64,000 nucleotides of DNA, from positions 15,810,001 through 15,874,000 of the forward strand of contig OX638153.1 of NCBI GenBank assembly GCA_951804945.1. Direction: 5' to 3'. This document shows, piece by piece, positions 11,540 to 25,403 of this stretch. This DNA comes from Podarcis cretensis (Eukaryota). Each line of letters begins with the position of its first letter. Within the stretch, counting starts at the first letter, position 1. Made by a program: the position numbers and the translations under genes. The notes under the pieces were generated by a model, which was not told the origin of the DNA, ran no database searches, and saw only the letters and a list, made by a program, of their open reading frames with translations.

Positions 11540-14395
11540 ATATTATCTATTTAACCTGCCGTAGTTGTGTAAATGTGCTCCAAATATTGTCGTACTTGGC
11601 CTTTGTTTGTTGTTTACGTTGACTGGTGTGCTCTGCATTTTGCTATTTTGCGTTTTTCACTTGTGTAGGATTGTGAGGTGCTGGACGTTTCGTTCGCAAG
11701 CCACTTTGGCCACACTTTGGCGTGGAAAGTGGTATATGAGTGAAGTCAGTTTGTCAGTCGGTAGCCCCGTAAATGGGCAGGAATTGGGAGGTGGAGAAGG
11801 AGGGCTCTGGCGGTTTTAATTTTAGAAAAATGAAAGCTGAAAGTTCAGCAAGAGGGCTTGAAGCATCCCTAAGGAGACTTGTCTGAGATTACATGGCAAG
11901 CCCTGCTCTCCCCTCATTGGCTCCCATCAAAACATAGCAGGTGTATGGTCATTATTATTCATAACTTAATTTAGAACCTACGATGATTGCAAGGATGTAA
12001 CAAAAATATGCCATTTATATGTGTGTGTGTGTGTGTCTGTCTATTTTTCTAAACATGACTGTAAATATCAATATTGTAAACATTATCCAAAAATTAGAAA
12101 ATGCTGATTTACCACATACAAAAAACTCCTCAATATTTATATTGTAAATAAATGGAATTCTCTAATTGAATTCATGGAGATTATTTATTTATTTTTAAAA
12201 ATCTGTATTGTTTGGTATAATCCAATATTTATAATTCTGAAGTTTATACAGTACTCCTGCCCTCCATTTTTGTTGTTTGTTTACCAGCCATTCTTTCACT
12301 CTTGGCGGTGACCTGTTTTTCCATTTTTGCAAAACCAGAAGAATCACAGCTATTAAATTCTTTATTAAGTCCTAGTGCTTGACCTGTTTATACAGACAGA
12401 TCCCTAATGATATTATGACTATGAGATGTCATGACTGATATAACCCCCCCCCCAAAAAAAATATTTTAATTGATTGGCAACTCCACCCAAATGCTTCACA
12501 TCTGCCTTTGAGGCTTCATGCCTCCAAGCACTCTCCACTGCATGTATTTGGTCTGTGGAGTCATGTACCATTGATAGAATAATTTATAATGGTTTTCTCT
12601 TATGTGTACACATAGAGATAATTTTGGTTCTTGATATAATTTCCCCCTCAGCTCTCGTTCAGAGATTTTTCTACCAATTATTTTATCAACTCCCCCCCCC
12701 CCCCCCGAAAACCTGTGCCAAGTTGTGAATTCACAGGTTATCCAATAAGACATAGATCATGGATTAAAAACCTATTCAAGGCTTTCTTTTTATGATACCC
12801 TTGCAAGTTCTTACTACATTTGCCATGTTATTCCTTCTTTTATTTTCATCTATATTGTTTCTTTATTGAAACATTACGCCATTGGATCCATTTGAGGAAT
12901 TTCATTAAGTGTTTTGCAGTGTCAGTTACTTAAAGTTTCCGTATATATTATTATACATAGTTGCTTATCCAATTAAACACTGGATTTTAAAATCATTAAA
13001 AATGAAGGTTGAAAGTAAAGATAACTTGGGTGTTAACACTTTTATTAAAGCATTGGGTGTTGGTGTTAACATAAAAAATTGAGCATTCATCCTGATCTGT
13101 TTGCAGAAAGTTTGTGGAGAGGTTAGACAATGTTGTCTATTTATCGAGCATGATTTATTTATGGGGAAGGTAGATGGCATGCCAAGCAGTTGTTATCCCA
13201 TACTTTTCACTGGATTTATCTTGTCACTTTCCTTATCGCTAAAAGTCCTTTGAGTGGGGAAGCATGCTTGTAGCACGAGAGCATCAGATCTGTGTTAATT
13301 GTGCAACCTGAAGTAGCTGATATCTTACTGATTCCCACCCGAAAATAGTTGGAGTCTGGAAGTGCCTTGTGATAGGATATATGTATAATAGGTTCTGGGG
13401 TGGTTTTTGTTAGGATTGCTGCACAGGAGAGGGAAGAGTTTAACCCTTTTCTTCTCCAGCCTCAGTTCTGACAAAGATCTTCCTGTCAGTCCTAGAAAAA
13501 AAAGCTTCCATTGGCAGGATGGGAGCTTTTCGCTGTAAAGCTAATAACAGTCTGTGTGTGAGAGTGTGAGGGAATTCCTGCAGAGCAAATCTTTCCTTGG
13601 TTGGAACATGTGAAGTGGCATGGGAATTCTGTTTTAGCTCACCCACATGTGAAATGAATCACCCGATGCTTCAGCCATGACTCCATTTCACAGGCTACTT
13701 ATGTGAAAGGGCACTGTGTGATTAAAGGGGTGTATAGGCTCCCCTGAACCTGCCTGCTAATGCACGAATGAATGCCTGTCAGTTTCCCTGCCTCAGGTAT
13801 CCATGCTAATGCTTTGGTGGCAGCGGTAGGACCCAGAGAATTGCAAGTGTTGTCAAGGGGTGGGGGCATGGGGCCCCGCAGCCTCCTTAAAAATCATTTG
13901 ATGCCCCTTCATGTAAGTAAAAAATAAATGCAGCTACAGTTTCTAACCAGCTGATCACTCTTCTCGTTACAGAGGTCTCCAACCTACAGTAGAGTTTTTC
14001 CCATTACTCTCACTGTGTCTTGTGAGCGTTGCACATGGAAGCATGATATCCTCCCTATGTTCCCCTGTAGCCCTTTCAGAAGGAAAGGATTTTTGAGAAT
14101 TGGAGTCTATGTACATCAAAACTCCCTCTCTGGTTGACTGGTGTGCGTTCCTATTTGCTCTCCTGCTGTGTGTTTACACACCTCCCATCCAGAGGTACTA
14201 AACTGAACCTTGATGTGAACTAACTCCATTGAAAAGCCTTGTCTTTGAGTTGCTTGGATGGGAGTCTTTGTAGTGGTTCATTCACATATGAAAGCCACCA
14301 CTCAATTCTGCAGCTGTTTACTATCACCTTTAACCACTTCAATTTTGATTTTCAAAGTTAGAAAAGATGAGTCCCATGAGCGACTGGTGTGTAAC

Positions 14396-14516
14396 TGAAG
14401 GCAGCCCTGTTTAGGGAAGCTTTTAATGTTTAATAGACTTGTATTTTAATATTTTGTTGGAAGCTGCCCAGAGTGGCTGGGGAAACCCAGCCAGATGGGT
14501 GGGGTATGAATAATAA

Positions 14517-14550
<34 letters not shown>
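14396..14550 (+). mobile_element. L2-type LINE 3' end with (TTA)n tail
   Basis: CTGAAGGCAGCCCTGTTTAGGGAAG...CCAGATGGG followed by a microsatellite tail; same family as 46788. Confidence 0.8.
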
Positions 14551-14551
<1 letters not shown>

Positions 14552-15589
14552 TAATTAGCCTTAGAAAATTATTTTTATATGTTTTTCGAGTGTGAGTTTA
14601 TGAATTGCAAAATAAAAGCTATGTAGAATGACCTACTCTACACCTTTAGGTGCCCGCCATCAACTGCTGTACCTATAATGTGTGACTTAACCTGGATTTA
14701 ATCTGTAGATGCTTTTACCTCTGAAAAGTCTCCCTGATGTTGAGAGTGAGAATTCTTACTGCCTTATAATAATTTGTAACAAGCATGCTTGCTTATTGTC
14801 AGGTTCTTACAAAAGGGAGCAATTGCAGTGTTGCCAATGGAGAACAACATGGTGCTATTCATCCAGCCCCCTCCAAAAAACCCCACACTGCTTCAGTAGA
14901 TCTCATTTCATGTGGTCCAATGACCCCCAATGTGCAATGATGATGGATCAACACAAATTTATTGACTTCATAGAGTCCATCACTGTGTGTTGTAACCTGA
15001 ATCAGTACTCTGACTGCACTTTAAAAACCCTGCTATATGTATTGAGGAATTTATTGGCAACAGTGACGCTGTTTATGTGAAAGTAGTGCAGTAATATAAA
15101 CTTACAAATGACTTTACAGCTATGGTTGCCTTCAGTGGATGGATAACTTTTTTATCTCTCTTGCCCCAGCTGTAATACTATCAGACTTGCTGTTTTTGAT
15201 TAGCAGTTTACTCTTAAGTACACTTATTATGGAGTAAGTCTGATTGAACTCAATATAACTTACTTCTGAGTAATTGTGTTTAGATTGCACTGCGGGAGTT
15301 ATGGAGGGCATTTTTTTTTTATTGCTCAGACTTCTCACAGAGTTTAAATTGCCTCAAAACTGAAACTTATTTATAAAATTGATTCTCTAATTGACTAGAG
15401 CAGCAAGGTTCTATAATTAAAACTGAACTTGTCTTGGGTAGAATTTGCATATTCTGTTAGCTGTATTGCAGAGGAAGGTGAAATGTCTATCCTTGCTGAA
15501 TTCAGAGATCTAGTTACCAGCAGAGTTCTTGGCTTCTTTCCATAGTTCCTAGTCCATTTGTTTGAGGATTTCAAGTGTGGGTACATGTG

Positions 15590-15750
15590 TCCTGTTGTGC
15601 CAGAAGTGGTTTAGTCATGGTGGCCACATGACCCGGAAAGCTGTTTGCAGACAAACGGCGGCTCCCTCGGCCTGAAGTGAGATGAGCGCTGCACCCCATG
15701 GTCGCCTTTGACTTAACTGTCCAGTGGTCCTTTACCTTACCTTTACCTTA
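15590..15750 (+). mobile_element. Sauria SINE 3' fragment
   Basis: GCCACATGACCCGGAAAGC...GAGATGAGCG...(TTACC)n tail. Confidence 0.88.
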
Positions 15751-16789
15751 GACTGACAACATTGTGGACCGTAGCTGAGGTTTTCTACATATGTTTAGGA
15801 TAACTCAGGGGTTCATTGAAAGGTTTCGCAATTAGAAGTTCAGTAATGGCGGACAAGATTCCCTGAAAGACAGCTTGTTTAACAACCACTATTTTGTCAA
15901 TATGTCTTTATAGTGAAGAGTTGGGAACAATTGCCAGGTCTCCTGGGCCTTTCTGTGCCCTGCGTAAATTGAGTATGAAATCTTAGAACATTCCCCAGAC
16001 TCCTCAGCAAAACTCAAGGGTTACTCCAAAGGTAAATTGATGTGGAAAGGGTTCTCAGAAGGTATAAAACTTGAAAATTGTCATGCTAGGTTGATGGGCA
16101 TGAATAGATTTCAACCTGGAGAATGGAAGAGAAGTTGACATTCAGCATCATTAGTGTTGATGTTGAAAATGTTACTGTAGAAATTATGGTCCATGTTCTG
16201 ATGAGATAAGGAAGAGTGCTTTGCAGTAATGCCTTGTTGTTTACAAGCTGGATCAGAGTGGTAGGCTTTGCCCCTGGAGTTTTTGTAGAATCCAAGATCA
16301 TTGTTGTTGCCGGCAATGTGAGTCAGTATGCATAAGTATGCAGCCTAGTATTTACAAATTGCATGAAGGCTGAAAATCTAATGGGACCTGAGAGTAAGTG
16401 TGTATAAAACCTAGTGGGATTTCCTTTTGAGAAAACATGATTCTGACTGGTTTCTTGGGAAAGTAGATACTCTTTGCAGACAAGCACACACTATTTTAGC
16501 TCAGTAAGTTAGAAGATCTATCTATCTTCTAATGGATTTTCAACTGCTTCTTGATACCAGGTCTGGAGTGTAAATTTAAGGGAGGAATGTGTAGCATGCC
16601 TGGGCAGCATGCCTGTTCCCGTGCAGAATGCCTTCACAAATTTTAGTTAGTAGCTTCAACGTCTTGGCTATGCATGACCTGTAGAGGTGGCATTTTAAAA
16701 ATAAAATTGTATACATCTGCATTCTTGTTGAGCATTGGACTTTTGTTTTAAAGAGACTAACTACATGCATCTTTTTAAAATCACTTTAG

Positions 16790-17089
16790 GCTTTTGTGAA
16801 GACTCGGAGATACTTGAACTGCCAAGAAAGAAAAGTCCATCAAATTGCAGAGATGTATTCCATCTGGTATAGCAGAACAATTCCAACTTTTCATGTTGGT
16901 TAAAGATTTTAAAGAAACGTTTGCATCATCTCTTTTTTATGATATCCTAAGGATGGATTCTTGAGTTGGTGTTACAGTGCATGAAGAGGTCTGTTCTTCC
17001 TGTGTTGAATACTTATTGGAATGCTCACTAATAGGATTAGAGAGGAACTCTATGGGTAACACTTGCTCTCGAGAAATTACTGGTCAACC
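16790..17089 (+). other. KAT6B: 5'UTR part of the first coding exon
   Basis: Acceptor tcactttag|G at 16789/16790, 300 nt upstream of the ATG. The acceptor position is inferred. Confidence 0.6.
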
Positions 17090-17707
17090 ATGGTAAAACT
17101 TGCCAACCCACTTTACACGGAGTGGATTCTTGAAGCTATACAAAAAGTTAAAAGGCAAAAACAGAGACCATCTGAAGAGAGAATTTGTCATGCTGTGTGC
17201 GCATCCCATGGATTAGATAAGAAGACTGTTTCAGAACAGCTGGAGCTAAGTGTCCAAGATGGTTCTATTCTCAAAGTTACCAACAAAGGCCTTGCTTCCT
17301 ACAAGGACCCAGATAATCCTGGGCGTTTCTCATCTGTTAAACTGGGTGAGCTTTCTAAGCCTGCTAAAGGATCTAGGGGAGCTTGTAATGAGCTTCGGAA
17401 TGTGGATTGGAATAAACTTCTGCGCAGAGGAATTGAAGGGCTCCAGGAACCAAATGGCTCATCACTCAGAAACATAGAAAAATACCTGAGAAGTCAACAT
17501 GATCTTGCAGGTATTTTCAACAACCCTGTGTTTCAACGGAGATTACGATTGGGGGCCAAACGCGCTGTAAATAATGGGAGATTATTGAAAGAAGGACCTC
17601 AGTATAGGGTGAACTATGGTAGCCTGGAAGGCAAAGGAACATCTAAGTACAGTTCTTTTCCAATGTCTCTCCCACCTGTCAGTCTTTTGCCTCATGAAAA
17701 AGACCAG
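17090..17707 (+). CDS. KAT6B: KAT6B first coding exon (human exon 3): winged-helix/NEMM region with H15-like domain, 206 codons
   Basis: accATGG Kozak context; [17 protein letters not shown]...LLPHEKDQ; donor CAG|GTAAGT. Confidence 0.98.
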
Positions 17708-19074
17708 GTAAGTGTGAAAAGATTATATCAATGCAGGCATGTTCATTTGGGGGTTTCACAGGAAACATTATTAATATGTGTTGCTTATATTTGAGGAAGT
17801 TTGACTTTTATATTATTAGTAAGCTTGATTGCCTCATTTAGAGAGGTTTTCCTTAATGTTTAAGATTTTTTATTATGATTTTTAGGTGGACAGTAGTCCT
17901 ATTTGAGAAAATAAGTGTCTCGGAGAGCTATTGGGCTATGCTGCTCTTCAAGATTTGTGCCAATTGAAGCAAATGTATAAAGTTTGGAAATCTGAAGAAC
18001 CATAGTCTTCTACATGTGTAATCACCCCACCTCATTAAAAATGTGTAGCTTTGTAGATAAACTATGGGTTCTTCAGTGATTGAAATTTAATTCTTAATTG
18101 TGCAGGAATTGCTGCTACTTATGTGATGTCATTGCTGCTTGCACTGAGGGATGTGGTGTGATGGGCAAGGATTTTGGAATTTGTGCGTGTATCTTAAGAA
18201 GTGTAAGAGGAAGTAACCCTTTTTAGCTTTTGACACCTTGAAGATTCTTCCTATATTCTCACTTTCTGTCTATTCTAGAGCATCCATTTCTGTTTGTTAT
18301 GTTACACTTTATTCCAGCTGAGGAATCTAATGGAATACTGAATCCTTTAATGCTGATGGTTTCTCTCTGTGATGTTAAAGTATACATTAGAGGAAAGCAG
18401 CAGTGTCACAAAAAATGCAATAATAGATTCCCTTTAGATATCTCCCCATGGTCCCTTCCTACAGTTAATTTCCAGGTATTGTCATCCATTGGATTATGAC
18501 TCTAGTTCTTGTCAGGATAAAGGTATTTACCCTTTATCACTTTGGTGTAACCCTTAAAATCAGCAGGGCTATTGGACTCATTTATTGTAGTTTGCACTCA
18601 TTTTTGTGAAGGTACTGAGTGGTACCACAAACTAACTCTCCTGTACCTTTCTGGAGCCGCTATGGTTAGACCAGAACTGCATGTTTGTTTGGGGCTCACT
18701 TGTTGCTAACCTTCAGTGGAGATAGATCCAATCTTTTCTGCTTGGGAAGCCACATGGAAGGATGAGCACACATACAGTTTAAAACAGTATTTAAAAGCTA
18801 TGCGCGCTCTCGTGATATCATTCCCTTAACAAAATATGTTTGTACTTCAGGGATGAGGAAGTGGATCTAGCTGGCGGACTGGATCATTTTCTTCCCCACC
18901 CCCTGCAGAACAGGTTCAACAGAATCTGTCACAATGTTAGGTGACATGATGACCAGCTGATTATTGGGGCTCACATAGCTTTGTGTGTGACACTTTGCAA
19001 CTCCTACAATTAGCTGATTATCGAGGCCTACCTGGTGTCATGCAAATGCCTTTAGACCAGCATATCTACCTGCT

Positions 19075-19455
19075 GGGGATGTGGGTGGCACTGCGGTCTC
19101 AACCACTGAGCCACTTGGGCTTGCCAGTCAGGTTGGTGGTTTGAATCTGCATGATGGGGTGAGCTCCCGTTGCTCTTTCCCAGCTCCTGTCAACCTAGCA
19201 GTTGGAAAGCACACCAGTGCAAGTAGATAAATAGGTACGGGTGCAGCAGGCAAGGCAAATGATGTTTCCGTGCACTCTGGTTTCTGTCATGGTGTTCCAT
19301 TGCGCCAGAAGTGGTTTAGTCATGCTGGCCACATGACCCGGAAAGCTGTCTGTGGACAAACGCCGGCTCCCTCGGCCTGAAAGCGAGATGAGCGTCGCAA
19401 CCCCATAGTCGCCTTTGACTGGACTTAACCGTCCAGGGGTTCTTTACCTTTTACC
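19075..19455 (+). mobile_element. Full-length Sauria SINE with an 11-bp target-site duplication, inserted in an older hAT-like element (about 18848-20005)
   Basis: TATCTACCTGC at 19063-19073 and 19456-19466; tRNA-like head and TTTACC tail. Confidence 0.92.
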
Positions 19456-20650
19456 TATCTACCTGCCCCACACCTGATGTCATACATGCTTAGGTGTAGG
19501 GACTGTGGGCATGACTTAGCCAAAGCAGCCTTACAAGCACATGCAGAGGCCTGGCAGGCATGGTTAGGTTAGGGCAGGCCCTAATTGGGTTCCCTTCCCC
19601 TTGCTGTGGTGGAAGCAAAGGAACCTTAGAATTATCTCTTCTTTTGGCATTGGAAGGGGAAACATGCACAGTTCTTATGCCTATATGTTTTCCTGTCTGC
19701 TGGGAATCAAAACTCCAGAACGGCAATGTCTGGGTTGGAGCTGTGGCAGAAGGGTTAAGATACCTCCCTACCAGGAGTTGACAGTAGTTGCTGACCTAAT
19801 CATATATAACATCAGGTGTGGGGTGGGTGGCTGGTTAAGGAACAATTGGGACCTTAGGGTGAACTTGTGATGGTTCCTTTGCAAGCAGGACTTACTGTCA
19901 GTGTCAATTAGCTAATGTAATATTGACATCAGGTGATTGACAGGTGCCATCAGCCGGGGGGGGGGGGTTAAGGATCTGGCCAGCCGGATTCAGTTCCCCA
20001 CCCCTACCCTAGGATTAGCTCTGCCTCACTAGTTGATTGTGCTTTACGTGTTTGGCAGGGATCCTTGGTGGACCATAGCCAGGAACCAAAGAATAGCATA
20101 ACTAGTTTATACCCAGGCAGGCTTTTAACTTACTGACCAAAAGCTCCCTCTACCACAAATGGCACCTTGAGGTTCCCTTTGCTTTACAAAACAATCTATG
20201 ATAAGGTGGAATGTGGTATGAGCTTAAATCCAAGCCCATCTTTTATAAAGCCAAGTTAGAAAAGCTATTATAAAAACAAATTTCACTGTTTAATATTGAA
20301 GCCCAATATGGTAAAAACATGATAATTTCACACACTTTCCATGTATTGTTATATTTGGCAAGGAAACACATTTTTACTGAAAATCCACAATATGTGTCTT
20401 GTAGTACTACGAGGCTTCTTACTTTAACTGTTAAGTTTTATTCTTGCCAGTTCATTTAATACAAGAGTGGATAAATGGAGGACCACTTGCAATTTTGGTT
20501 GGACCGTGTGATTCCTGCTGGTTGCTGGGATTTTTGCAAAGAATTTTGGATTCAGGAGTTTAAAAAATACAAATTTGCATATAGTGTATTTTAGTGGTAG
20601 TCTGTGTATTGTAGTTTTGCACTTCCATTAGTTCACTTTCCCCCCATGTT

Positions 20651-20658
<8 letters not shown>

Positions 20659-20686
<28 letters not shown>
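20659..20686. repeat. (TG)n microsatellite
   Basis: Seen directly in the sequence. Confidence 0.95.
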
Positions 20687-20690
<4 letters not shown>

Positions 20691-21259
20691 CACACACATC
20701 TGTCAGTTTCTTTTCTTTTTTAACAAAGCAATATTATGCTCAGGGTGTCCACATGTAAATATTGTTCAGAGAGGGTACAGTTCAAAATCCTACAGAGGAA
20801 GTGGCTGCAACAATAATGGGAAGTGCTATGTTCCCTTGAGCAGTTATGATGACACTGACTCCCATGTCAGAATGTAAAATGTATGTGGACATTCTTGAAG
20901 TCCCAAGGAAGAAATGAAATATCCCATACCTACTTTCTTTTCACACCTTAGCTATACTGCTTTAAGAGCATGTAGAATTTAGCTAGCAGATGAAATAGTG
21001 TGGTTTGGCATATTTATACAGCTTGCACTTACATGTTATACACACGTGTTATGCAGGAATGTGGCTTAAAGCCAACTTTTGCAGCTGCCAAAGCACAGCA
21101 TATAATTTTATATATTAATGGATGGTATGGACTTAAGTGAATATCGCTTTGCACACATTCCAATTTTATTGTGTAATTTTTCCATGTTAACTCAAAAGCA
21201 CTTCATAAAGCCATGAACCTTTTTTACCTTACAGTAAATGATCATTCTTCTTTCTAGAT

Positions 21260-22618
21260 TTCATAGAATCACAGAATTGTAGAATTGGAAGGGATGCAAG
21301 GGTCATCTAGTCCAACTGCCTGCGGTAGGGATCCTGCCAATGTAGGAATCCCAGCTAGATCATACATGACAGATGACCATCTAACTCCTTGCTTTAAAAC
21401 CATCAAGGGAGGAAAGCCCACTACCTCTTATGTAAGTCTGTTCCGCTGTTGAACAGCTCTTACTGTCAGAAAATTCTAACTGATGTTTGGTCGGAATCTC
21501 CTTTCTTGTAACTTCATTACTTCAGGTTCTAGCCTCCAGAGCAGGAGAAAACAAATTTGCTCCATCCTTCATGTAACAGCCCTATTTGGTGTTGGCTATT
21601 CTATCTCCTCTCAGTCTGCTCTTTACCATGCCAAGCATACCCAGTTCCCTCAACTGTTCCTCATGCAGCTTAGTTTCCAGACCCTTTATCATGTGCACAC
21701 GTCCCAGCTTGTCAATCTCCTTCTTAAATTGTGCCCAGAACTGGACACAGTACTTCAGGTGTGGTCTGTGATCTAGACACTATACTTCTGTTGATACAGC
21801 CTAAAATAGTATTAGGTTTTTTTGCTGCATCACACTGTTGACTCATACAGTGGTACCTCGGGTTATATAATGCTTTAGGTTACAGACTCCGCTAAGCCAG
21901 AAATAATACCTCGGGTTAAGAACTTTGCTTCAGGATGAGAACAGAAATCGTGCAGCAGCGGCAGCAGGAGGCCCCATTAGCTAAAGTGGTGCTTTAGGTT
22001 AAGAACAGTTTCAGGTTAAGAACGGACCTCCGGAACGAATTACGTTCTTAACACGAGGTACCACTGTATTAAGCTTGTGGTCTACTAAGACTCCTAGATC
22101 CTTTTCACATGTACTACTAGCAAGCTAGGTGACCCCCATCTTACATTTGTGCAGCTGGTTCTTCCTAAATGTAGAACTTGCTTTGTCCCTATTGAAATTA
22201 GTTTTGCCCCAGTTCTCCAATCTATTAAGGTCATATTGAATCCCAATTCTGTTTTCAGTGGCATTGGCTACCCCTCCCAGTTTGGCGTCATCTGCAGATT
22301 TGATGAGCATCCCCTAAATTCCTTCATCCATCATTTATAAAGATGTTGAACCACAATGGGCCCAGGACAGAACCTTGTGGCACCCCACTTGTTACTTTTT
22401 TCCAGGATGACAAGGAACTCTTCGTGAACACTATTTAGGTTCTGTCAGTCAACTAACTACAAATCCACCTAACAGTTTTTCACCCGATCCACATTTTACC
22501 AGCTTCTCCGTAAGAATATCATGGGGGACTTCATCAAAAGATATACTACATCCACAGCATTCCCCTGTTTGTAACTCTTATCAAAAATATAAATGAGTTT
22601 TGTCTGGCATGACTTATT
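21260..22618 (-). mobile_element. CR1 LINE 3' fragment
   Basis: CATAGAATCACAGAAT tail and TCATCTAGTCCAAC; minus-strand peptides LIKSADDAKLGG...IQYDLNRLENW and GNAVDVVYL. Confidence 0.9.
21848..22066 (+). mobile_element. Tc1/Tigger-like MITE (family A) nested in the CR1
   Basis: TA|CAGTGGTACCTCG...CGAGGTACCACTG|TA. Confidence 0.9.
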
Positions 22619-23337
22619 ACCTGCGACCAAATAGATATAAGCCCAATAGATATAACTTCGTGGCTTTTTAAAAAGAAGTAAAGCTATCATTTAGGGCCAT
22701 ACTGCATGTTGAGTTGCAGCTTTCAAATTTATTTTTATGAAAGTAATTGCAGCTGGAGTTGATCAGGGCTTTTGTAGCATCCCTGAAACAAATCCCAGCA
22801 CCAGTAGTTATTAGCCATGAAGGTGAAGACTTCAAACAAGTTTTAAAAACTTAAATCCTGCAAGTTATTCATTCTGTGCCAAACAGCAGATTTTTTGGGG
22901 GGGCGGGGGGATCTTGTCCACAGCTTTACCATCCTCTCTCAACACTGTGATCCAAATTCTGATCTCTGGTGCAGCAGCTTTTATAAACTATAAGCACAGG
23001 TAATTTGGACCGTAGACAATGAAATACGGGTGTCTAACCTTATTTAACTTCTGGTTCATGGTTGTCATGATTGAATGATATTTATATTTAACCTGTGGTA
23101 AGTTGGAATTTGTTTAGAGTACATACTGGAATTCTGACTGTCTTACTTCCATCATTTTTGAATAGCAAGAGCATTTTTAGAGGTAATAATACAAAGATAG
23201 ACTTAACCCGATTATTTTTACTTGAAAAGTACTGGAGGAGGAAACATTTTTGAAAGGTTTTTGAAATGTTTCAGATAATAAAATTAAAGAAAAATGGTAG
23301 AGGTGGGAGCTTCTTATGTTTAATGTGCAGCTTATTA

Positions 23338-23596
23338 CCGTATTTTTCGCTCTATAAGACACACCAGACCACAAGACGCGACTAGTTTTTGGAGGAGGAA
23401 AACAAGAAAAAAAATATTCTGAATCTCAGAAGCCAGAACAGCAAGAGGGATCGCTGCGCAGTGAAAGCAGCAGTTCCTCTTGCTGTTCTGGCTTCTGTGA
23501 TAGCTGCGCAGCCTGCATTCACTCCATAAGACGCACACACATTTCCCCTTACTTTTTAGGAGGGAAAAAGTGAGTCTTTTAGTGAAAAAAATATGG
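23338..23596. mobile_element. pogo-like MITE, copy of 3349-3607
   Basis: TA|CCGTATTTTTCGC...AAAAATATGG|TA. Confidence 0.85.
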
Positions 23597-25320
23597 TATG
23601 TTAAGCTGACTTACAAGACTTAAATAAATCATTTTATTCATTACTAATTTTTAAAGAGAATTTTGCCTTGGGAATTCTTATGTTGATAAGGTCATTGCGT
23701 ACAAAGGGTAGATGACACAGCTATAGTGTTTCCCTTGTCTCTTTTTAAGTATAAAAGTTTGCTCTGTGTAGTTTTTAGCAGTGAGACTGGGCATCTGTTC
23801 AGCAAACGGGAGTAATCAAAGCCGCTTACCAAGTCATTGGCTAAGGATGCTTCTTAAAATTTCTGCAGAGTTCAGCCTTTTAAAAAAGCTGTTGCTAAGA
23901 GACAAATGTATGCTGACATGAGGGCATGTCAGCATGCTTCCAATTGTTTTAGAAGCAGTTAGGCCTGTCGCTTTGCAGATGGTAGAAACTCTCTTCATAG
24001 TGGGTGGATGTGTGCTGATTATCTCATTGAATTAAGGTAACCTTTTGTCATTCATTGAGGTCCTCAGCTCAGGCACCGAACAGCTGCTCTAGGGTCTCTC
24101 ACCCAACATCCTCCCCCCTTTGTATGCAATGATTATGCTAAAGAGTGTCCAGGCTGGTGCCAGGTATTCAGCCATACACAAAATAAAACTCCTTTTAACA
24201 CTACCGTGTATGATTAGTAAAAATGATTTGCAGGGTCCTATATTTGGCTGAATGATAGATAGCTCTTCCTCAAAAGAATTTGCAAGCCAAGTATACTGAA
24301 TGTCTTTATCCAAAGTAATTGTTTTTTAATAGAAAGATGGAAGGCTGACCTTTCCCTTATTTATGTGGCTTTATGCTGCTGAAGTTCTCTGATTTTGCAA
24401 TTTATTGGTTCCAGCTGGACTGTCTGTTTTTCTGTATATATTTGACTCCTCATATTGAACAGAACCAGTGCTACTATTTAGAACTAACTGCAAAAGAGTG
24501 CAGTACATATCAGATGAAAATGAAGAATTCAATACTAGTGTGTTATGTATTGTTGTATGGTATGCATTCTTGAGGTCTGGAAGAACCACATTTTAGTCTT
24601 ATGAGTGCTGAACAATAAAGTAGCATTTCCAACTTCTGTATTCTTTATGAAGCCTGTATATTCCAGACTTGAGGAAATCAACCTGTCAGGTTTGGTAATA
24701 AAGCTGGCATGCCTGAGAAGAAAGCCTTCATAGTTATTCAGGTGGTGTAAAAACATAAACCCAGGCCAGGTTGGGGTGCAGGAGCATACAAATGGATGTG
24801 CTTCCTAAAAGCCCCCATCAACTTTCAGATTGACTAAGATTTATTTGGTGACTTGCTGCTTCTTTCCTTTTAAGTGAAACTGAGCAAATGTGTCTTTTAT
24901 CGCACACTAAGTTTTTTTTAAAAAAGGACTAGGTAAAGATGCTTCATAGCCACATCGAAGTACTGATTGCCCATCCGTTACACATTAGTGCATTTACTCA
25001 AGGTATGCCCTCGTTTTTTGGAGCCTGCTAGGGCTAAGGGTGTGACGGATTGCAACCTAAGCAGACTTGTGGACCTTTACCTTGTAAAATTTACCTCTCC
25101 CCCCCCACAAGTACCTTGAGGCGGAATAATCAAGGGCAGACAGAGCTTGTCAGCAATTTTAGTTGCCAGTCCCACTCCCCTGGTACTTTTGCCAGCTGTC
25201 CACAAAGCTGTTGGCATGAGCCATCAATACTTTGAGGAATGGTGCAGCAGATGTCTTAAGCTAGGCAAAAAGATGCCAGGACTGGCTGAATCAAGTCTGG
25301 GCATGCAATAAGCATTTGCT

Positions 25321-25403
25321 CCTCTCTCTCTCTCTCTCTCTCCCTCCCTCCCTCCCTCCCTCTCTCCCTCTCCCTCTCCCTCTCCCTCTCCCCCCCCCCC
25401 CCC
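25321..25403. repeat. Polypyrimidine (CT)n/(CCCT)n/(CTCCCT)n/poly-C tract
   Basis: Seen directly in the sequence. Confidence 0.95.

Noticed and set aside
13940-15080. Possible non-coding exon 2 (acceptor-like sites near 13972 and 14802)
   Set aside because: No convincing acceptor/donor pair; it cannot be placed without transcript data.
17063-17794. ORF-track protein with a TTG start and a tail after EKDQ
   Set aside because: The real start is ATG 17090, and the frame leaves at the donor at 17707.
15590-19455. Sauria SINE pair flanking the first coding exon as a circRNA driver
   Set aside because: Both copies are in the same orientation and cannot pair.
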